Shown: piece by piece, positions 29,205-39,034 of the stretch
Layout: the number at the start of each line of letters is the position of its first letter
How positions within the stretch are numbered: the stretch's first letter is position 1
IMG/VR virus record: IMGVR_UViG_3300005095_000072
Coordinates: 32,001 to 96,000 of that record
Strand: one strand, 5' to 3'
Source: a virus
DNA: 64,000 nt
Notes under the pieces: model-generated
Databases searched by the model: none
What the model saw: only the letters and a program-made list of their open reading frames with translations
What the model was told of the DNA's origin: nothing
Translations under genes and position numbers: made by a program

Positions 29205-29519
29205 ATGAAAAGATTTATGCTAATGCTTGTAGCAATGGTAGGTGCACTATTCAGTGCTAGTTTTGGTGGTAACAAAGGTGGTAAAGCTTCCGACCTAACT
29301 GCTGTTAAAAAAGGTAAAGCAAGTCCTCTAAGATTTACTAAAGGTAAAAAAGGAACACCTGAGTTGAAAGCAGGTAAAGGAAGACTTACAGAAACCACTA
29401 AAAAAGCTATGGATAGAAGAACCAATGTAAAAGGTGGTGGAACTACAGCAAGAGGTAAAGTCGGAGGACCAAACACTCCTAAAGTAGCTCCTACAAGAAA
29501 ACCTAGAAGAAAAAAGTAA
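29205..29519 (+). CDS. small Gly/Lys-rich basic protein with hydrophobic N-terminus
   Basis: ATG 29205 after AAGGAG. MKRFMLMLVAMVGALFSA then a K/G/R-rich body; followed by a terminator. Confidence 0.75.
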   Translation: MKRFMLMLVAMVGALFSASFGGNKGGKASDLTAVKKGKASPLRFTKGKKGTPELKAGKGRLTETTKKAMDRRTNVKGGGTTARGKVGGPNTPKVAPTRKPRRKK

Positions 29520-29546
29520 TTTAGCTTTTAGGAAACCAACTTTTAG

Positions 29547-29587
29547 AAAGAGTAGTTAGAGTAAAACCTGCTACTCTTTTTCTATTT
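29547..29587 (+). terminator. intrinsic terminator
   Basis: aaagagtagt/gctactcttt stem followed by a T-rich tail. Confidence 0.65.
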
Positions 29588-29716
29588 ATAATAACTTCAA
29601 TTAACTTACTTCAAACAATTTAATACAACTTAATTTCCAAATCTTTTTAATTGTTAATATTTAATAGAAAGTTTTTAGACTTGTATATATTCAAATAGTA
29701 ATATATAGGAGAAAAG

Positions 29717-32629
29717 ATGAAAAGAGATATAAGAGTCCAAAAGAGAAAAGGAAATCTTGAGCCTTTAGATATATCTAAAATTAGAAAGCAAACTAAAATA
29801 GCAGAGTTGTACGAAGATACAAGTTTGTCTGAGCTGGAGGTAGACTCACATTTACAATTTTATGATGGAATAAAAACAGAAGATATACAACAAACTCTTA
29901 TAAAAACAGCAGTAGATAAAATAAGTATAAGAAGACCTAATTGGACATTTGTAGCTTCTAGGTTGTTTTTATCTGATTTATGGCATAAGTTTGGTTTAGT
30001 ATATGGTAAAGATGAAAATGAAGTAACTCTAAAAGATGTTATTGATTACGGTATCAAAAGAAAGAAATATATAAGAACTTTAAATATTGATTATACAGAA
30101 GAGCAAATAAATGAACTTCATAATTATATGGATTTTGACAGAGACCATCAATTTACTTACTTAGGTATAAAAACTTTATATGACAGATATTTAGTAAAAG
30201 AAGATAACGGTTATCCTATTGAGATGCCACAATATATGTTTATGTTGATAGCTATGTATCTTGCTGGTAAAGAACAAGATAAAATGAATTGGACTAAGAA
30301 GTTCTATGATATGATAAGTAAGTTTGAAGTAATGATGGCAACCCCAACTCTTTCAAATGCCAGAACATTAAGACATCAATTAAGCTCCTGCTATGTAGGT
30401 TCAACTCCTGATAATATAGAAGGTATCTTTGATAGTTATAAAGAAATGGCACTGTTATCTAAATATGGTGGTGGTATCGGTTGGGACTGGTCTAAGGTAA
30501 GGGCTATGAAAGGAGAGATAGCTGGATTTAAAGGGGTAGCAGGTGGTGTAGTTCCTTTTCTTAAAATTGCTAATGATTTAGCAGTAGCAGTAGACCAGTT
30601 AGGCACTCGTGCTGGGAGTATAGCAGTTTTTCTACCAACTTGGCATTTAGATTTAATGGATTTCCTAGACTTAAAAAAGAACTCAGGAGAAGAGAGAAGA
30701 AGAACACACGATTTATTTCCTGCTTTATGGATAGACGATTATTTTATGGAATGTGTAGAGCTTGATAAAGATTGGTATTTATATGACCCTCATTCTGTAA
30801 AACAAAGATATAATATAGAACTAGACGAGTTACAAGGTAACGATTTAAAAAGAATGCTGGTTAAGTTAGCTAATGATGATAAAATCCTAAAAGAAAAATT
30901 TAAAGCCAAAGAGGTATGGAGAAAAGCACTAACCTCTTATTTTGAGTCAGGTAATCCTTTTTTAGCATTTAAGGATACAGCAAACAGAAGAAACCCAAAT
31001 AAGCATAATGGTATTATACGGTCATCCAATTTGTGTGTAACAGGTGATACGAAGATATTGACTAAAGAGTTCGGTGATATTGAGATAAATAAAGTAGTTA
31101 ATCAATCTTTAACTGTTTGGAATGGAAAAGAGTGGTCTGAAAATGTTACAATAACTCAAACTGCAATAGACTATCCTAATCTGTATAAAGTGATTATAAG
31201 TAATTTTGAAGATGGAAGAGCAGTTGAAATAAAAGCCACAGATTATCATAAATGGTATAATTCTATAGGAGAAGAATTTAGAACTAAAGATTTAAAAAAA
31301 GGTATGATTTTAGAAAGCTTTATGTTGCCTGATGGAAAAATTGAAAATAAATATGTAATCACTTATATTGAGAAGTTACTTTTACCTGAAGACACTTATT
31401 GTGCTTTAGAACCTAAAAGAAACAGGTTAATGTTTAATGGAGTCTTAACTGGTAATTGTACTGAAATCTACCAAAATACCGAGCCAAATGATTATAAATA
31501 TAACCTTTGGTTTAAAGGTTATGAAACTGCTCCTATAACTTTACATGAAAATAAAATTGTTAGTGTTATAGACCAGTCTGATACTTTAGATGGATATGAA
31601 GTCTTATACACTATAACTGTTAAAGAGCTTACAGGTGGAGAACATATTCTTTTTAATATTGAAGAGAAAAATGTATCTTTCTTTGGACAAGTAACTTGTA
31701 TAGAGAAAACACAAGGTCAAAATGGTAAAACTGCTGTTTGTAATCTTGCTAGTGTAAATCTATCTAAGATAAATACTAAAAAAGATTTTGAAAGAATTAT
31801 CCCTATAGCTATAAGAGCTTTAGATAATGTTATTGATTTGAATTATTACCCAACTAAAAAAGCTGAAAGAGCTAATAAAGAGAACAGAGCTATTGGTTTA
31901 GGTATGATGGGTGAAGCACAAATGTTAGCAGATAATAAGATAATGTTTGGAACTAAGCTACATCTTGAAAAGATAAATAGTATTTGTGAAATGTTTAGTT
32001 ATAATGCAATTAAAGCATCATCTGACTTAGCAAAAGAAAAAGGCTCATATTTTGGATTTAAAGGTTCTGAGTGGTCTAAAGGTATCTTTCCTATAGATAG
32101 CAGTATTTCGTTGCAGGAAATTGATGACAGGCTTTCAGGGAAGTATGTTTATAATTGGGAGAAGTTGAGAAAGAAAGTCAAAGCAGATGGTATGAGAAAT
32201 GGTTATCTTATGGCAATAGCACCTACAAGTTCAATTTCTATATTAGTAGGAACTTCACAAGCAATAGAACCTATTTATAAAAGAAAGTGGTTTGAAGAGA
32301 ATAAGTCAGGATTTATACCTGTAACTGCTCCAAATATAAACCCTGAAAATATAAACTATTATATAAGTGCTTATGATGTAGAACAGAAAGATATTATTAA
32401 AGCAGGGGCTGTAAGGCAAAGGTGGATAGACCAAGGGCAGAGTTTAAATATATTTGTTAAACCACAGGAGGTAACTGGAAGATATTTATCTGAGTTATAT
32501 ATGTTAGCTTGGAAATTAGGATTGAAATCAACTTACTACCTTAGAAGTCAGTCACCAGAAGCAGAAGACAAAGATGAAGAAGATTTTGATGTAATAGACA
32601 GGTCTTATGAGTGTGCAGGATGTCAATAA
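29717..32629 (+). CDS. nrdA: class Ia ribonucleotide reductase alpha subunit, intein-containing
   Basis: ATP cone, ATPTLSNA, LSSCY, SNL-[intein]-CTEI, VCNLAS, AIAPTSS, KSTYYLR, C-terminal CAGCQ. Confidence 0.96.
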   Translation: MKRDIRVQKRKGNLEPLDISKIRKQTKIAELYEDTSLSELEVDSHLQFYDGIKTEDIQQTLIKTAVDKISIRRPNWTFVASRLFLSDLWHKFGLVYGKDENEVTLKDVIDYGIKRKKYIRTLNIDYTEEQINELHNYMDFDRDHQFTYLGIKTLYDRYLVKEDNGYPIEMPQYMFMLIAMYLAGKEQDKMNWTKKFYDMISKFEVMMATPTLSNARTLRHQLSSCYVGSTPDNIEGIFDSYKEMALLSKYGGGIGWDWSKVRAMKGEIAGFKGVAGGVVPFLKIANDLAVAVDQLGTRAGSIAVFLPTWHLDLMDFLDLKKNSGEERRRTHDLFPALWIDDYFMECVELDKDWYLYDPHSVKQRYNIELDELQGNDLKRMLVKLANDDKILKEKFKAKEVWRKALTSYFESGNPFLAFKDTANRRNPNKHNGIIRSSNLCVTGDTKILTKEFGDIEINKVVNQSLTVWNGKEWSENVTITQTAIDYPNLYKVIISNFEDGRAVEIKATDYHKWYNSIGEEFRTKDLKKGMILESFMLPDGKIENKYVITYIEKLLLPEDTYCALEPKRNRLMFNGVLTGNCTEIYQNTEPNDYKYNLWFKGYETAPITLHENKIVSVIDQSDTLDGYEVLYTITVKELTGGEHILFNIEEKNVSFFGQVTCIEKTQGQNGKTAVCNLASVNLSKINTKKDFERIIPIAIRALDNVIDLNYYPTKKAERANKENRAIGLGMMGEAQMLADNKIMFGTKLHLEKINSICEMFSYNAIKASSDLAKEKGSYFGFKGSEWSKGIFPIDSSISLQEIDDRLSGKYVYNWEKLRKKVKADGMRNGYLMAIAPTSSISILVGTSQAIEPIYKRKWFEENKSGFIPVTAPNINPENINYYISAYDVEQKDIIKAGAVRQRWIDQGQSLNIFVKPQEVTGRYLSELYMLAWKLGLKSTYYLRSQSPEAEDKDEEDFDVIDRSYECAGCQ
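31034..31456 (+). mobile_element. mini-intein (141 aa) in NrdA, before the radical Cys
   Basis: Starts CVTGDT, block B ATDYHKW, ends TYC...FNGVLTGN|C. No endonuclease domain. Confidence 0.92.
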
Positions 32630-32666
32630 TCCTACACACTATATAATATAAAAGAAAAGGAACAAT

Positions 32667-32876
32667 ATGGTATTTACTTTTAGTTCTTATAGAGGAGAAA
32701 GAGAAGTGACTTTTCCTGCTAGTTCAGTTAGTCATATAATTACAGAAAGCTACAATGAAACATATAGAATAGTGTTTAAAACAGGAGATAACTTTGTAAC
32801 TTATTGTAAAGAGAAAGATATTAAACAATTAAAATCAAAACTAGGAGAAGATGATGGAAAGAAAGAGAGTATATAA
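32667..32876 (+). CDS. hypothetical protein
   Basis: 69 aa ORF with AAGGA SD between nrdA and nrdB. Confidence 0.55.
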   Translation: MVFTFSSYRGEREVTFPASSVSHIITESYNETYRIVFKTGDNFVTYCKEKDIKQLKSKLGEDDGKKESI

Positions 32877-33867
32877 CCCTGACTCAAATGAAACAGTTAG
32901 AGAGAGAAAGATTTTTGGAGGTAATCCAACAGGTATATTTGAACTTAATAGCATTAAGTATCAATGGGCTTATAATTTATGGGATGTAATGTTAAATAAC
33001 ACTTGGTTTCCAAAAGAGGTTAATCTTACAGAAGATGTTAAAGACTATAAAAATTTAACTGAAATTGAAAAAGAAGCTTATGATAAAGCTTTATCTCAGC
33101 TTATCTTTATGGATAGTCTTCAAACAAATAATCTTATTGATAATGTAAATCCTTTTATCACTGCACCTGAAATTAACTTAATATTGGTTAGACAAGCTTT
33201 CGAGGAGGCTCTACATAGTCAAAGTTATGCTGTAATGGTAGATAGTATATCTCCTAACTCTGCTGAAATATATGACAGGTGGAGAGTAGATGAAAAGCTG
33301 AAAAGAAAAAATGACGAAATAGCTAAGGTGTATGAAGACTTAGCTAAAAATCCAACAGATAAAGCTATTGTATTATCTATGTTTGCTAATCAAATATTGG
33401 AGGGGATATATTTCTACTCAGGTTTCACATTTTTCTACACTTTAGCTAGAAGTGGTAAAATGTTAGGCTCTGCACAAATGATAAGATTTATTCAAAGAGA
33501 TGAAATAACACATTTATTGTTATTTCAAAATATGATAAATTCTACTAAGAAAGAAAGACCTGAACTATTTACTTCTGAACTTATAGATGAAGTATATTAT
33601 ATGTTTGAAAAGGCAGTAGAACTGGAAGTAATGTGGGGACAGTATATTACAGGTGGAAAGCTTTTAGGACTTACTGATGGTATCATAGACCAATATATAA
33701 AATATCTTGCAGATAAAAGATTGACAGCAGTTGGCTTTAAAAAGCTTTATAATGTTAGTCATCCTATAAAATGGGTAGATAACTTTTCTAAGTTCAATGA
33801 CCAAAAAACTAACTTCTTTGAGGGTAATGTAACGAACTATAGTAAAGGAAGTCTTGATGAGTGGTGA
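32851..33867 (+). CDS. nrdB: ribonucleotide reductase beta subunit
   Basis: [40 protein letters not shown]. Confidence 0.96.
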   Translation: MMERKRVYNPDSNETVRERKIFGGNPTGIFELNSIKYQWAYNLWDVMLNNTWFPKEVNLTEDVKDYKNLTEIEKEAYDKALSQLIFMDSLQTNNLIDNVNPFITAPEINLILVRQAFEEALHSQSYAVMVDSISPNSAEIYDRWRVDEKLKRKNDEIAKVYEDLAKNPTDKAIVLSMFANQILEGIYFYSGFTFFYTLARSGKMLGSAQMIRFIQRDEITHLLLFQNMINSTKKERPELFTSELIDEVYYMFEKAVELEVMWGQYITGGKLLGLTDGIIDQYIKYLADKRLTAVGFKKLYNVSHPIKWVDNFSKFNDQKTNFFEGNVTNYSKGSLDEW

Positions 33868-33909
33868 GAAGAAAAATCAAGATAAATAGAAATTTTATAA
33901 ATTTTTCCT

Positions 33910-33944
33910 ATTTAAGCTAGTTTTAAGGTTTTCTATGATATAAT
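33910..33944 (+). promoter_or_regulatory. host sigma70-type early promoter
   Basis: ATTTAAGCTAGTTTTAAG-6nt-TATGATATAAT (extended -10 TGnTATAAT); near-identical copy at 41193. Confidence 0.75.
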
Positions 33945-33979
33945 CTAAAATATATAAAAAATTATAGGAGGGTTATATC

Positions 33980-34258
33980 ATGGAGATAGCAGTAGTTAAA
34001 GGGGCAATATTAGTTCGAGAGATTTTAATTGAAGATATGTTTGAAGTGAAAGAACATAATGGAGAGTTAAAAGTTTTTGATAAGTATGGTAATTTATATA
34101 AAAGTCGTGGAATAGGTATATTAGAAAGGTTAGATGTTAAGTCTGATTTTAAAGCAGGAACTACAATAAGAAATAGTGAGCTTTATCATAAATTTATGGT
34201 AGCTAAAGAGGTTATAGTCCTTAAAGAGTGGCTAAAGTGTAAAGGTGAGGAGATATAA
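33980..34258 (+). CDS. hypothetical protein (probably early)
   Basis: AGGAGG SD, directly behind the sigma70-type promoter. Confidence 0.65.
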   Translation: MEIAVVKGAILVREILIEDMFEVKEHNGELKVFDKYGNLYKSRGIGILERLDVKSDFKAGTTIRNSELYHKFMVAKEVIVLKEWLKCKGEEI

Positions 34259-35718
34259 TGTTTTCTTATATAAAAGAAACATCTAACAAAACAACTCACA
34301 TAGAAATTTTAGATATTATTGATGAGTTGAGAGCTGAACCTAAAACTAACAATAAAAAGAAAATCTTAGAAGAGCATAGAGATAATGAACATTGGTTAGC
34401 AGTTCTTAAATATGCTTATGAACCTGAAATTAACTATGGTGTTATTTCATTAGACGAAGAGTGTTTTCAAAACCATCATAAGCATAATGCAGAACCATTT
34501 GGGTTAGAATATATGTATGCTCTGTTACAAAAGTTAGCTAATAGAGAGATAACAGGGAATAAAGCAAAAGATGAAATAAGAGATTTTTGTCGGAACTGCT
34601 ATGATGGCTTACAAGATTTGTTACAACTTATTTTATGGAGAGATTTAGATATTGGAGCTAGTATCAAAACTTTCAATAAAATTTATAGTAAAGAAGAACC
34701 ATTCATATATGTCTTTGAAACTATGTCTGCTAGAGGTAAGACTATAAAATACCCTTGCATAGGTAATACTAAGCTTAATGGACAAAGACTTGTTATAGAA
34801 AAAGAAAATGGAGAAATAAAATTCATATCAAGAAATGGTAAGGAATACACTCCTCATTATTTAATCAAACAAGCTGAGTTCTTGTTAGCAGAGAAAGATA
34901 ACATTGTCTTAGATTGTGAAATAGATGGTATTCCTAGTGAATATGGAGAAACTTCTTTATATAATAGTGATGCTGTTAGATTAAAAGTGAATGGACATAT
35001 AAATCAATTCATAAGAGGAACTGCTCCTATGGGGCTAGATATGAAGTTCAGAGTGAATGTTTTTGATGTACTTTCTTTAGATGAGTTCAAAGGGAAAAAG
35101 AAATCGAAAATAATTCAAGAGAGAATGGAAGACCTTGTAGCTTTATTTGATGGAGTTGAATTACATAATTTTAGATATGAAGAACCTGTCATTATAAATA
35201 ATGCAGATGAAGCACAAGAGTTCTATTATCATATAGTATCTAACAAAGGTGAAGGAGCTATTTTTAAGTTACTTGATAAACCTTATCAGTTAGGAGATAG
35301 TCAATATTGGGTAAAGGCTAAACAGGAAGTAGATGTTGATTTAGAAATTGTAGGCTTTTACAGAGGAGCTAAAGGTGGTAAAAGAGAGCATACTGTTGGT
35401 GGAGTTCATCTTAAAAGTTCTGACGATTTGCTTTATGTAGATTGTGGCTCAGGATTAAAAGATAGTGATATAGAGTTCATTTTAGATAATCAAGATTGGT
35501 TAATAGGTAAAGTAGTTCAAGTGAGGTTTAACACTATTAGTAAAGATAAGAAAACTAAGATTAATTCTCTATTTTTACCTAGATTTGTAGGAGGTAATAA
35601 AAACATAGGTAATTTTGAAGCTAGTCTTAGATTAGATAAAGATATAGCTAATACATTTGAAGAGATTAAGCTTGAAGAATTAAATGCACAAAGATTTTTA
35701 TTTAAAAAGGAGAATTAA
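34258..35718 (+). CDS. lig: ATP-dependent DNA ligase
   Basis: Motif I TKLNGQR, SRNGK, LDCEI, VFD, EGAIFK, WVKAK, CGSGL, LFLPRF. Confidence 0.92.
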   Translation: MFSYIKETSNKTTHIEILDIIDELRAEPKTNNKKKILEEHRDNEHWLAVLKYAYEPEINYGVISLDEECFQNHHKHNAEPFGLEYMYALLQKLANREITGNKAKDEIRDFCRNCYDGLQDLLQLILWRDLDIGASIKTFNKIYSKEEPFIYVFETMSARGKTIKYPCIGNTKLNGQRLVIEKENGEIKFISRNGKEYTPHYLIKQAEFLLAEKDNIVLDCEIDGIPSEYGETSLYNSDAVRLKVNGHINQFIRGTAPMGLDMKFRVNVFDVLSLDEFKGKKKSKIIQERMEDLVALFDGVELHNFRYEEPVIINNADEAQEFYYHIVSNKGEGAIFKLLDKPYQLGDSQYWVKAKQEVDVDLEIVGFYRGAKGGKREHTVGGVHLKSSDDLLYVDCGSGLKDSDIEFILDNQDWLIGKVVQVRFNTISKDKKTKINSLFLPRFVGGNKNIGNFEASLRLDKDIANTFEEIKLEELNAQRFLFKKEN

Positions 35719-35720
35719 AG

Positions 35721-36110
35721 ATGGAAAATAATAATTATGTTAAATTGAATAATGATATTATCATTGTTTTAAATGATAATATTTTAACCTTTAAAAATTT
35801 AAAAACAGGCTATTCTAGTAGTTTAGAAGTAAAATTATATAGTTGTTTTCGATTTCCTAGTGACTTTAATAGAAATATATTAGCTTATATAACTGCTTTT
35901 GAAAAAGAGCATTTATTGGATAGTTTTAATCTTACTTATATGCATCTGTTTGATGGTATACATTGCTTTAAAAAGTTAAATGATAAAGAAATAGTAATTT
36001 TTGCAAAAGAGGAGTATATCCCTCATATTATAGGTTATAAAGGTAGAAATATTATGAAATTAAAATGGATTTATAATTTAAGAAAAATTACTGTAAAAAA
36101 GGAGAAATGA
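35721..36110 (+). CDS. KH-domain (RNA-binding) protein
   Basis: IPHIIGYKGRNIMKL matches the KH GxxG loop. Confidence 0.55.
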   Translation: MENNNYVKLNNDIIIVLNDNILTFKNLKTGYSSSLEVKLYSCFRFPSDFNRNILAYITAFEKEHLLDSFNLTYMHLFDGIHCFKKLNDKEIVIFAKEEYIPHIIGYKGRNIMKLKWIYNLRKITVKKEK

Positions 36111-36838
36111 TGAGATTAGAAGATAAGAACTTTGCAGATACATTAAAATTGTATAAGAAAGTAAAGGATGATATAGAAGAGAAAGGCTATAAATCAAAAT
36201 ACACTAGAGTTCAATTAAAACAACTTGAAATGCAAGTTATCAAAAAACAAAAAGAGATATTACAAAAGAAGTCTAAAGAAGAGTTAAGAAAAAAATATAT
36301 AGCAAGGCAGGTCAATATTAAGCTGTGTGAAAAGAAAATTGATTCTTTGATGCAGAAGTTAAGGAGATATAAAAATCACCTTAGATACCAAAATATGAAA
36401 AAAGATATAATTTTAGATATTGAACCTAGCCTTGAGTATGCTTTAGTAAAAGAGGAAATTCAGGCTTTAGTATCTATGCTTTTACTAGATTGTAAAGACT
36501 TTAATTATAAGGTATTTTATTATAAGCTGAACTTCTCTAATTTCACAGATAGTATAGACACTTTAGTAGATGTCTTTACATTTTTGAAAGTGTCTTTAAA
36601 GCTAGACTATGATGATATAAGAATATTATTTTATAGAACTTGTAATAATGGAAACAAGGTTATGACTTATGAGATGGTAAATGAAAAATTAGAAAATCCA
36701 TATAAAGACCATTTTTCAGTATCTAAGCGATACAACTCTATATTACAAAAAATAGGTAAGTTATTTCTTAAAAATAGAATTACAAATTATGAAGATATAA
36801 AGGATTTGCTATGGGTAAAGAACAAGAAAAAAGATTAG
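36107..36838 (+). CDS. coiled-coil protein with sigma70 region-4-like HTH
   Basis: LDYDDIRILFYR...MTYEMVNEKL...SVSKRYNSILQKI. Confidence 0.45.
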   Translation: MMRLEDKNFADTLKLYKKVKDDIEEKGYKSKYTRVQLKQLEMQVIKKQKEILQKKSKEELRKKYIARQVNIKLCEKKIDSLMQKLRRYKNHLRYQNMKKDIILDIEPSLEYALVKEEIQALVSMLLLDCKDFNYKVFYYKLNFSNFTDSIDTLVDVFTFLKVSLKLDYDDIRILFYRTCNNGNKVMTYEMVNEKLENPYKDHFSVSKRYNSILQKIGKLFLKNRITNYEDIKDLLWVKNKKKD

Positions 36839-37065
36839 TCAGTTTCTTTGAATCTTGCAGTATAGATGAAGGTGTTTTATATGAAACCTCAACTGTAAAG
36901 GTATATAAATCTAATATGTCTAAGCTGTTTGCTAATCTTGATGTAAGAGAGATTATAGAAGAGACTGATGATTATATAGTTTTTAATGGAAGAACTTTTC
37001 ATGGTGCTAAAAATGTAGATTTTTATAAGTCTAGTGAATATGATTATGTGGCTGCACCTAGATGA
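36811..37065 (+). CDS. hypothetical protein
   Basis: 84 aa ORF overlapping both neighbours. Confidence 0.55.
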   Translation: MGKEQEKRLVSFFESCSIDEGVLYETSTVKVYKSNMSKLFANLDVREIIEETDDYIVFNGRTFHGAKNVDFYKSSEYDYVAAPR

Positions 37066-37472
37066 AGTTTTATAAGATGGAGTGGGTGTATAAGTTTATA
37101 CCTGTTCCTGTGTTTTTATCTGATAAGATAAGAGAACCTTTTAGTGGGTATTCAAGATTTGTATATATAGTTATTAAACCTAATTGTATTGATGATTTAG
37201 GATTAATAGAGCATGAGCTAACTCATATAAGGCAATTTTATAGAACTTTAGGTTTAATGGATTTGTTGAAACATTTTAGTAAAAGGATAAAGTTAAATAG
37301 AGAATTAGAAGCTTATATTAATCAAGCTAACGAGTATGGTTATTCTAGTTACTATGAAGTGTCTTGGATTGTAGATAGTTTGATATATGATTATGAACTA
37401 GGTATATATGATGAAGAGGATATATATGCTAGTATTTTAGTGAATTTAAAAAAGAGAAAGGAAAAAGAATGA
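37062..37472 (+). CDS. putative zinc metallopeptidase
   Basis: LIEHELTHIRQ (HExxH) and downstream ELEAY. Confidence 0.65.
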   Translation: MKFYKMEWVYKFIPVPVFLSDKIREPFSGYSRFVYIVIKPNCIDDLGLIEHELTHIRQFYRTLGLMDLLKHFSKRIKLNRELEAYINQANEYGYSSYYEVSWIVDSLIYDYELGIYDEEDIYASILVNLKKRKEKE

Positions 37473-38275
37473 AAAAGTTATTATCAACTTACACAATAAA
37501 AATAGGAGATGTAGGAAATCCTATAGATATAGAGAAAGGAAAAACTGCTATACCTGTTACAAATACAAATAAAATAGAGTATAAACCGAATGAGTATGGA
37601 TTTTTTACAATAGATATTCCAACTGGTTTATATATAGATTTACATCCAAACAAATGTTTGCAGGTAGAGTTAGATATAACTTTACCTAATCCTGAACACT
37701 ATGTAATGAATTACAAAAGGATATACACTAGAGAAGAGTTGTTAAATAAAGAACTTATAATAAAAGCTGTTTGTATAGCTGACGATACAGAGTATTGGTC
37801 TGCTGAAACAAAAGAAGCACAAATTATAGATTCTTATACTAAACTAGGTTATCTTTATGTTACAAATGTAGATACATTAAACATTTTCTACCAAAAAAGA
37901 GATAGTAATAATAAAACAGTAGATGAAGTTCTTGAAGAAGTTAAGGCATCAACTTTAGCTGATTTAGATTTACAACAGGTTAAGGTGGTATCTGTAGATG
38001 AGAATAAAATTGCTGAATTGTTATATAATCTTGAAAAATATAATGGATTGAGTATAGAAAATATCTTAGATAGTAAATATGCACCTGAAAAGAAAATCAT
38101 AGTTATATATGATGTATATGAGTTCATGGAAGAGAAGCAAAATATATCTAAAGAGATAAACAGAGTCCTTAAGGTTTTAGATAAAGATAAAGTTATTGAA
38201 CTTTATAAAAAGATGAAAGAAGATAAAAGTAAAAACAAAGATAGCAACTCATTATCTTATTTTGTAGGAGAGTGA
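37469..38275 (+). CDS. hypothetical protein (weak dUTPase-fold resemblance)
   Basis: IDIPTGLYIDL; other dUTPase motifs are absent. Confidence 0.55.
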   Translation: MKKLLSTYTIKIGDVGNPIDIEKGKTAIPVTNTNKIEYKPNEYGFFTIDIPTGLYIDLHPNKCLQVELDITLPNPEHYVMNYKRIYTREELLNKELIIKAVCIADDTEYWSAETKEAQIIDSYTKLGYLYVTNVDTLNIFYQKRDSNNKTVDEVLEEVKASTLADLDLQQVKVVSVDENKIAELLYNLEKYNGLSIENILDSKYAPEKKIIVIYDVYEFMEEKQNISKEINRVLKVLDKDKVIELYKKMKEDKSKNKDSNSLSYFVGE

Positions 38276-38544
38276 ATATGAATAAAAATAGTTTAGATAA
38301 TCTGTTAAGTATTTTACTTGTATTATCAGCAATTATACTATTAGTAGTATGGGCTTATTTAGGTAGATATACTTATGATAATCCTAGTAAAACAAGTGCA
38401 ACAGGGGGAGTGTTTTTTAAAAGAACTTTAGATTTAACTAAATATGTTAAAAATTCTTCAGGCAAAGGATTATTTGGAAAATATGATACATATAACATAG
38501 GTGGAACTAAATCTAAAGTTATTTACTACAAAGATGAGGAGTAG
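38272..38544 (+). CDS. small membrane protein
   Basis: TM helix LLSILLVLSAIILLVVWAYL. Confidence 0.6.
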   Translation: MNMNKNSLDNLLSILLVLSAIILLVVWAYLGRYTYDNPSKTSATGGVFFKRTLDLTKYVKNSSGKGLFGKYDTYNIGGTKSKVIYYKDEE

Positions 38545-38546
38545 AT

Positions 38547-39005
38547 ATGACTTCTGAAAACATAGAAAAATTTGTAAAAGAGGAATTTATTTTCCTTAAA
38601 GACTTAAAGCATATAAAAAGCGAGTTCAATCAAATAAACAAATATAAGGAAGATGATTTATCTTTGTATCAAATAAAGAAAGGTAAAGCAGTTTTAACTA
38701 TTGTACCTCATCTACAAGCACAAAAATTTTTAATAAGAGTTAAAGGTGGAGAAGTCTTTGATTTAGTTCCTAACTTTGAAGAAGACAGCTATATTATATC
38801 CCCTAGAAATATAGCTATATATGATAAACAAGATGACAGTTTTGATATGCATGAGGTGGCTAGTTATATTTTAGATAGCTTAGTAATGTATAAAGATATG
38901 TTTATCGAAGGTATTAAATATTCAACTCAAACAATACATAATGTAAAAACAAAGAACTTAACAATATTTGATTTTTATAACTATAAGGTTTATCTAAATA
39001 TATAG
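38547..39005 (+). CDS. hypothetical protein
   Basis: 152 aa ORF with GAGGAG SD. Confidence 0.65.
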   Translation: MTSENIEKFVKEEFIFLKDLKHIKSEFNQINKYKEDDLSLYQIKKGKAVLTIVPHLQAQKFLIRVKGGEVFDLVPNFEEDSYIISPRNIAIYDKQDDSFDMHEVASYILDSLVMYKDMFIEGIKYSTQTIHNVKTKNLTIFDFYNYKVYLNI

Positions 39006-39034
39006 AGCTGTAGTTCAAGAACGAGGAGTATTTT

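Noticed and set aside
34760-34790. Ligase motif I KLNG instead of KxDG as a sign of inactivation
   Set aside because: The adenylated Lys and the other motifs are intact; KxNG variants are plausible.
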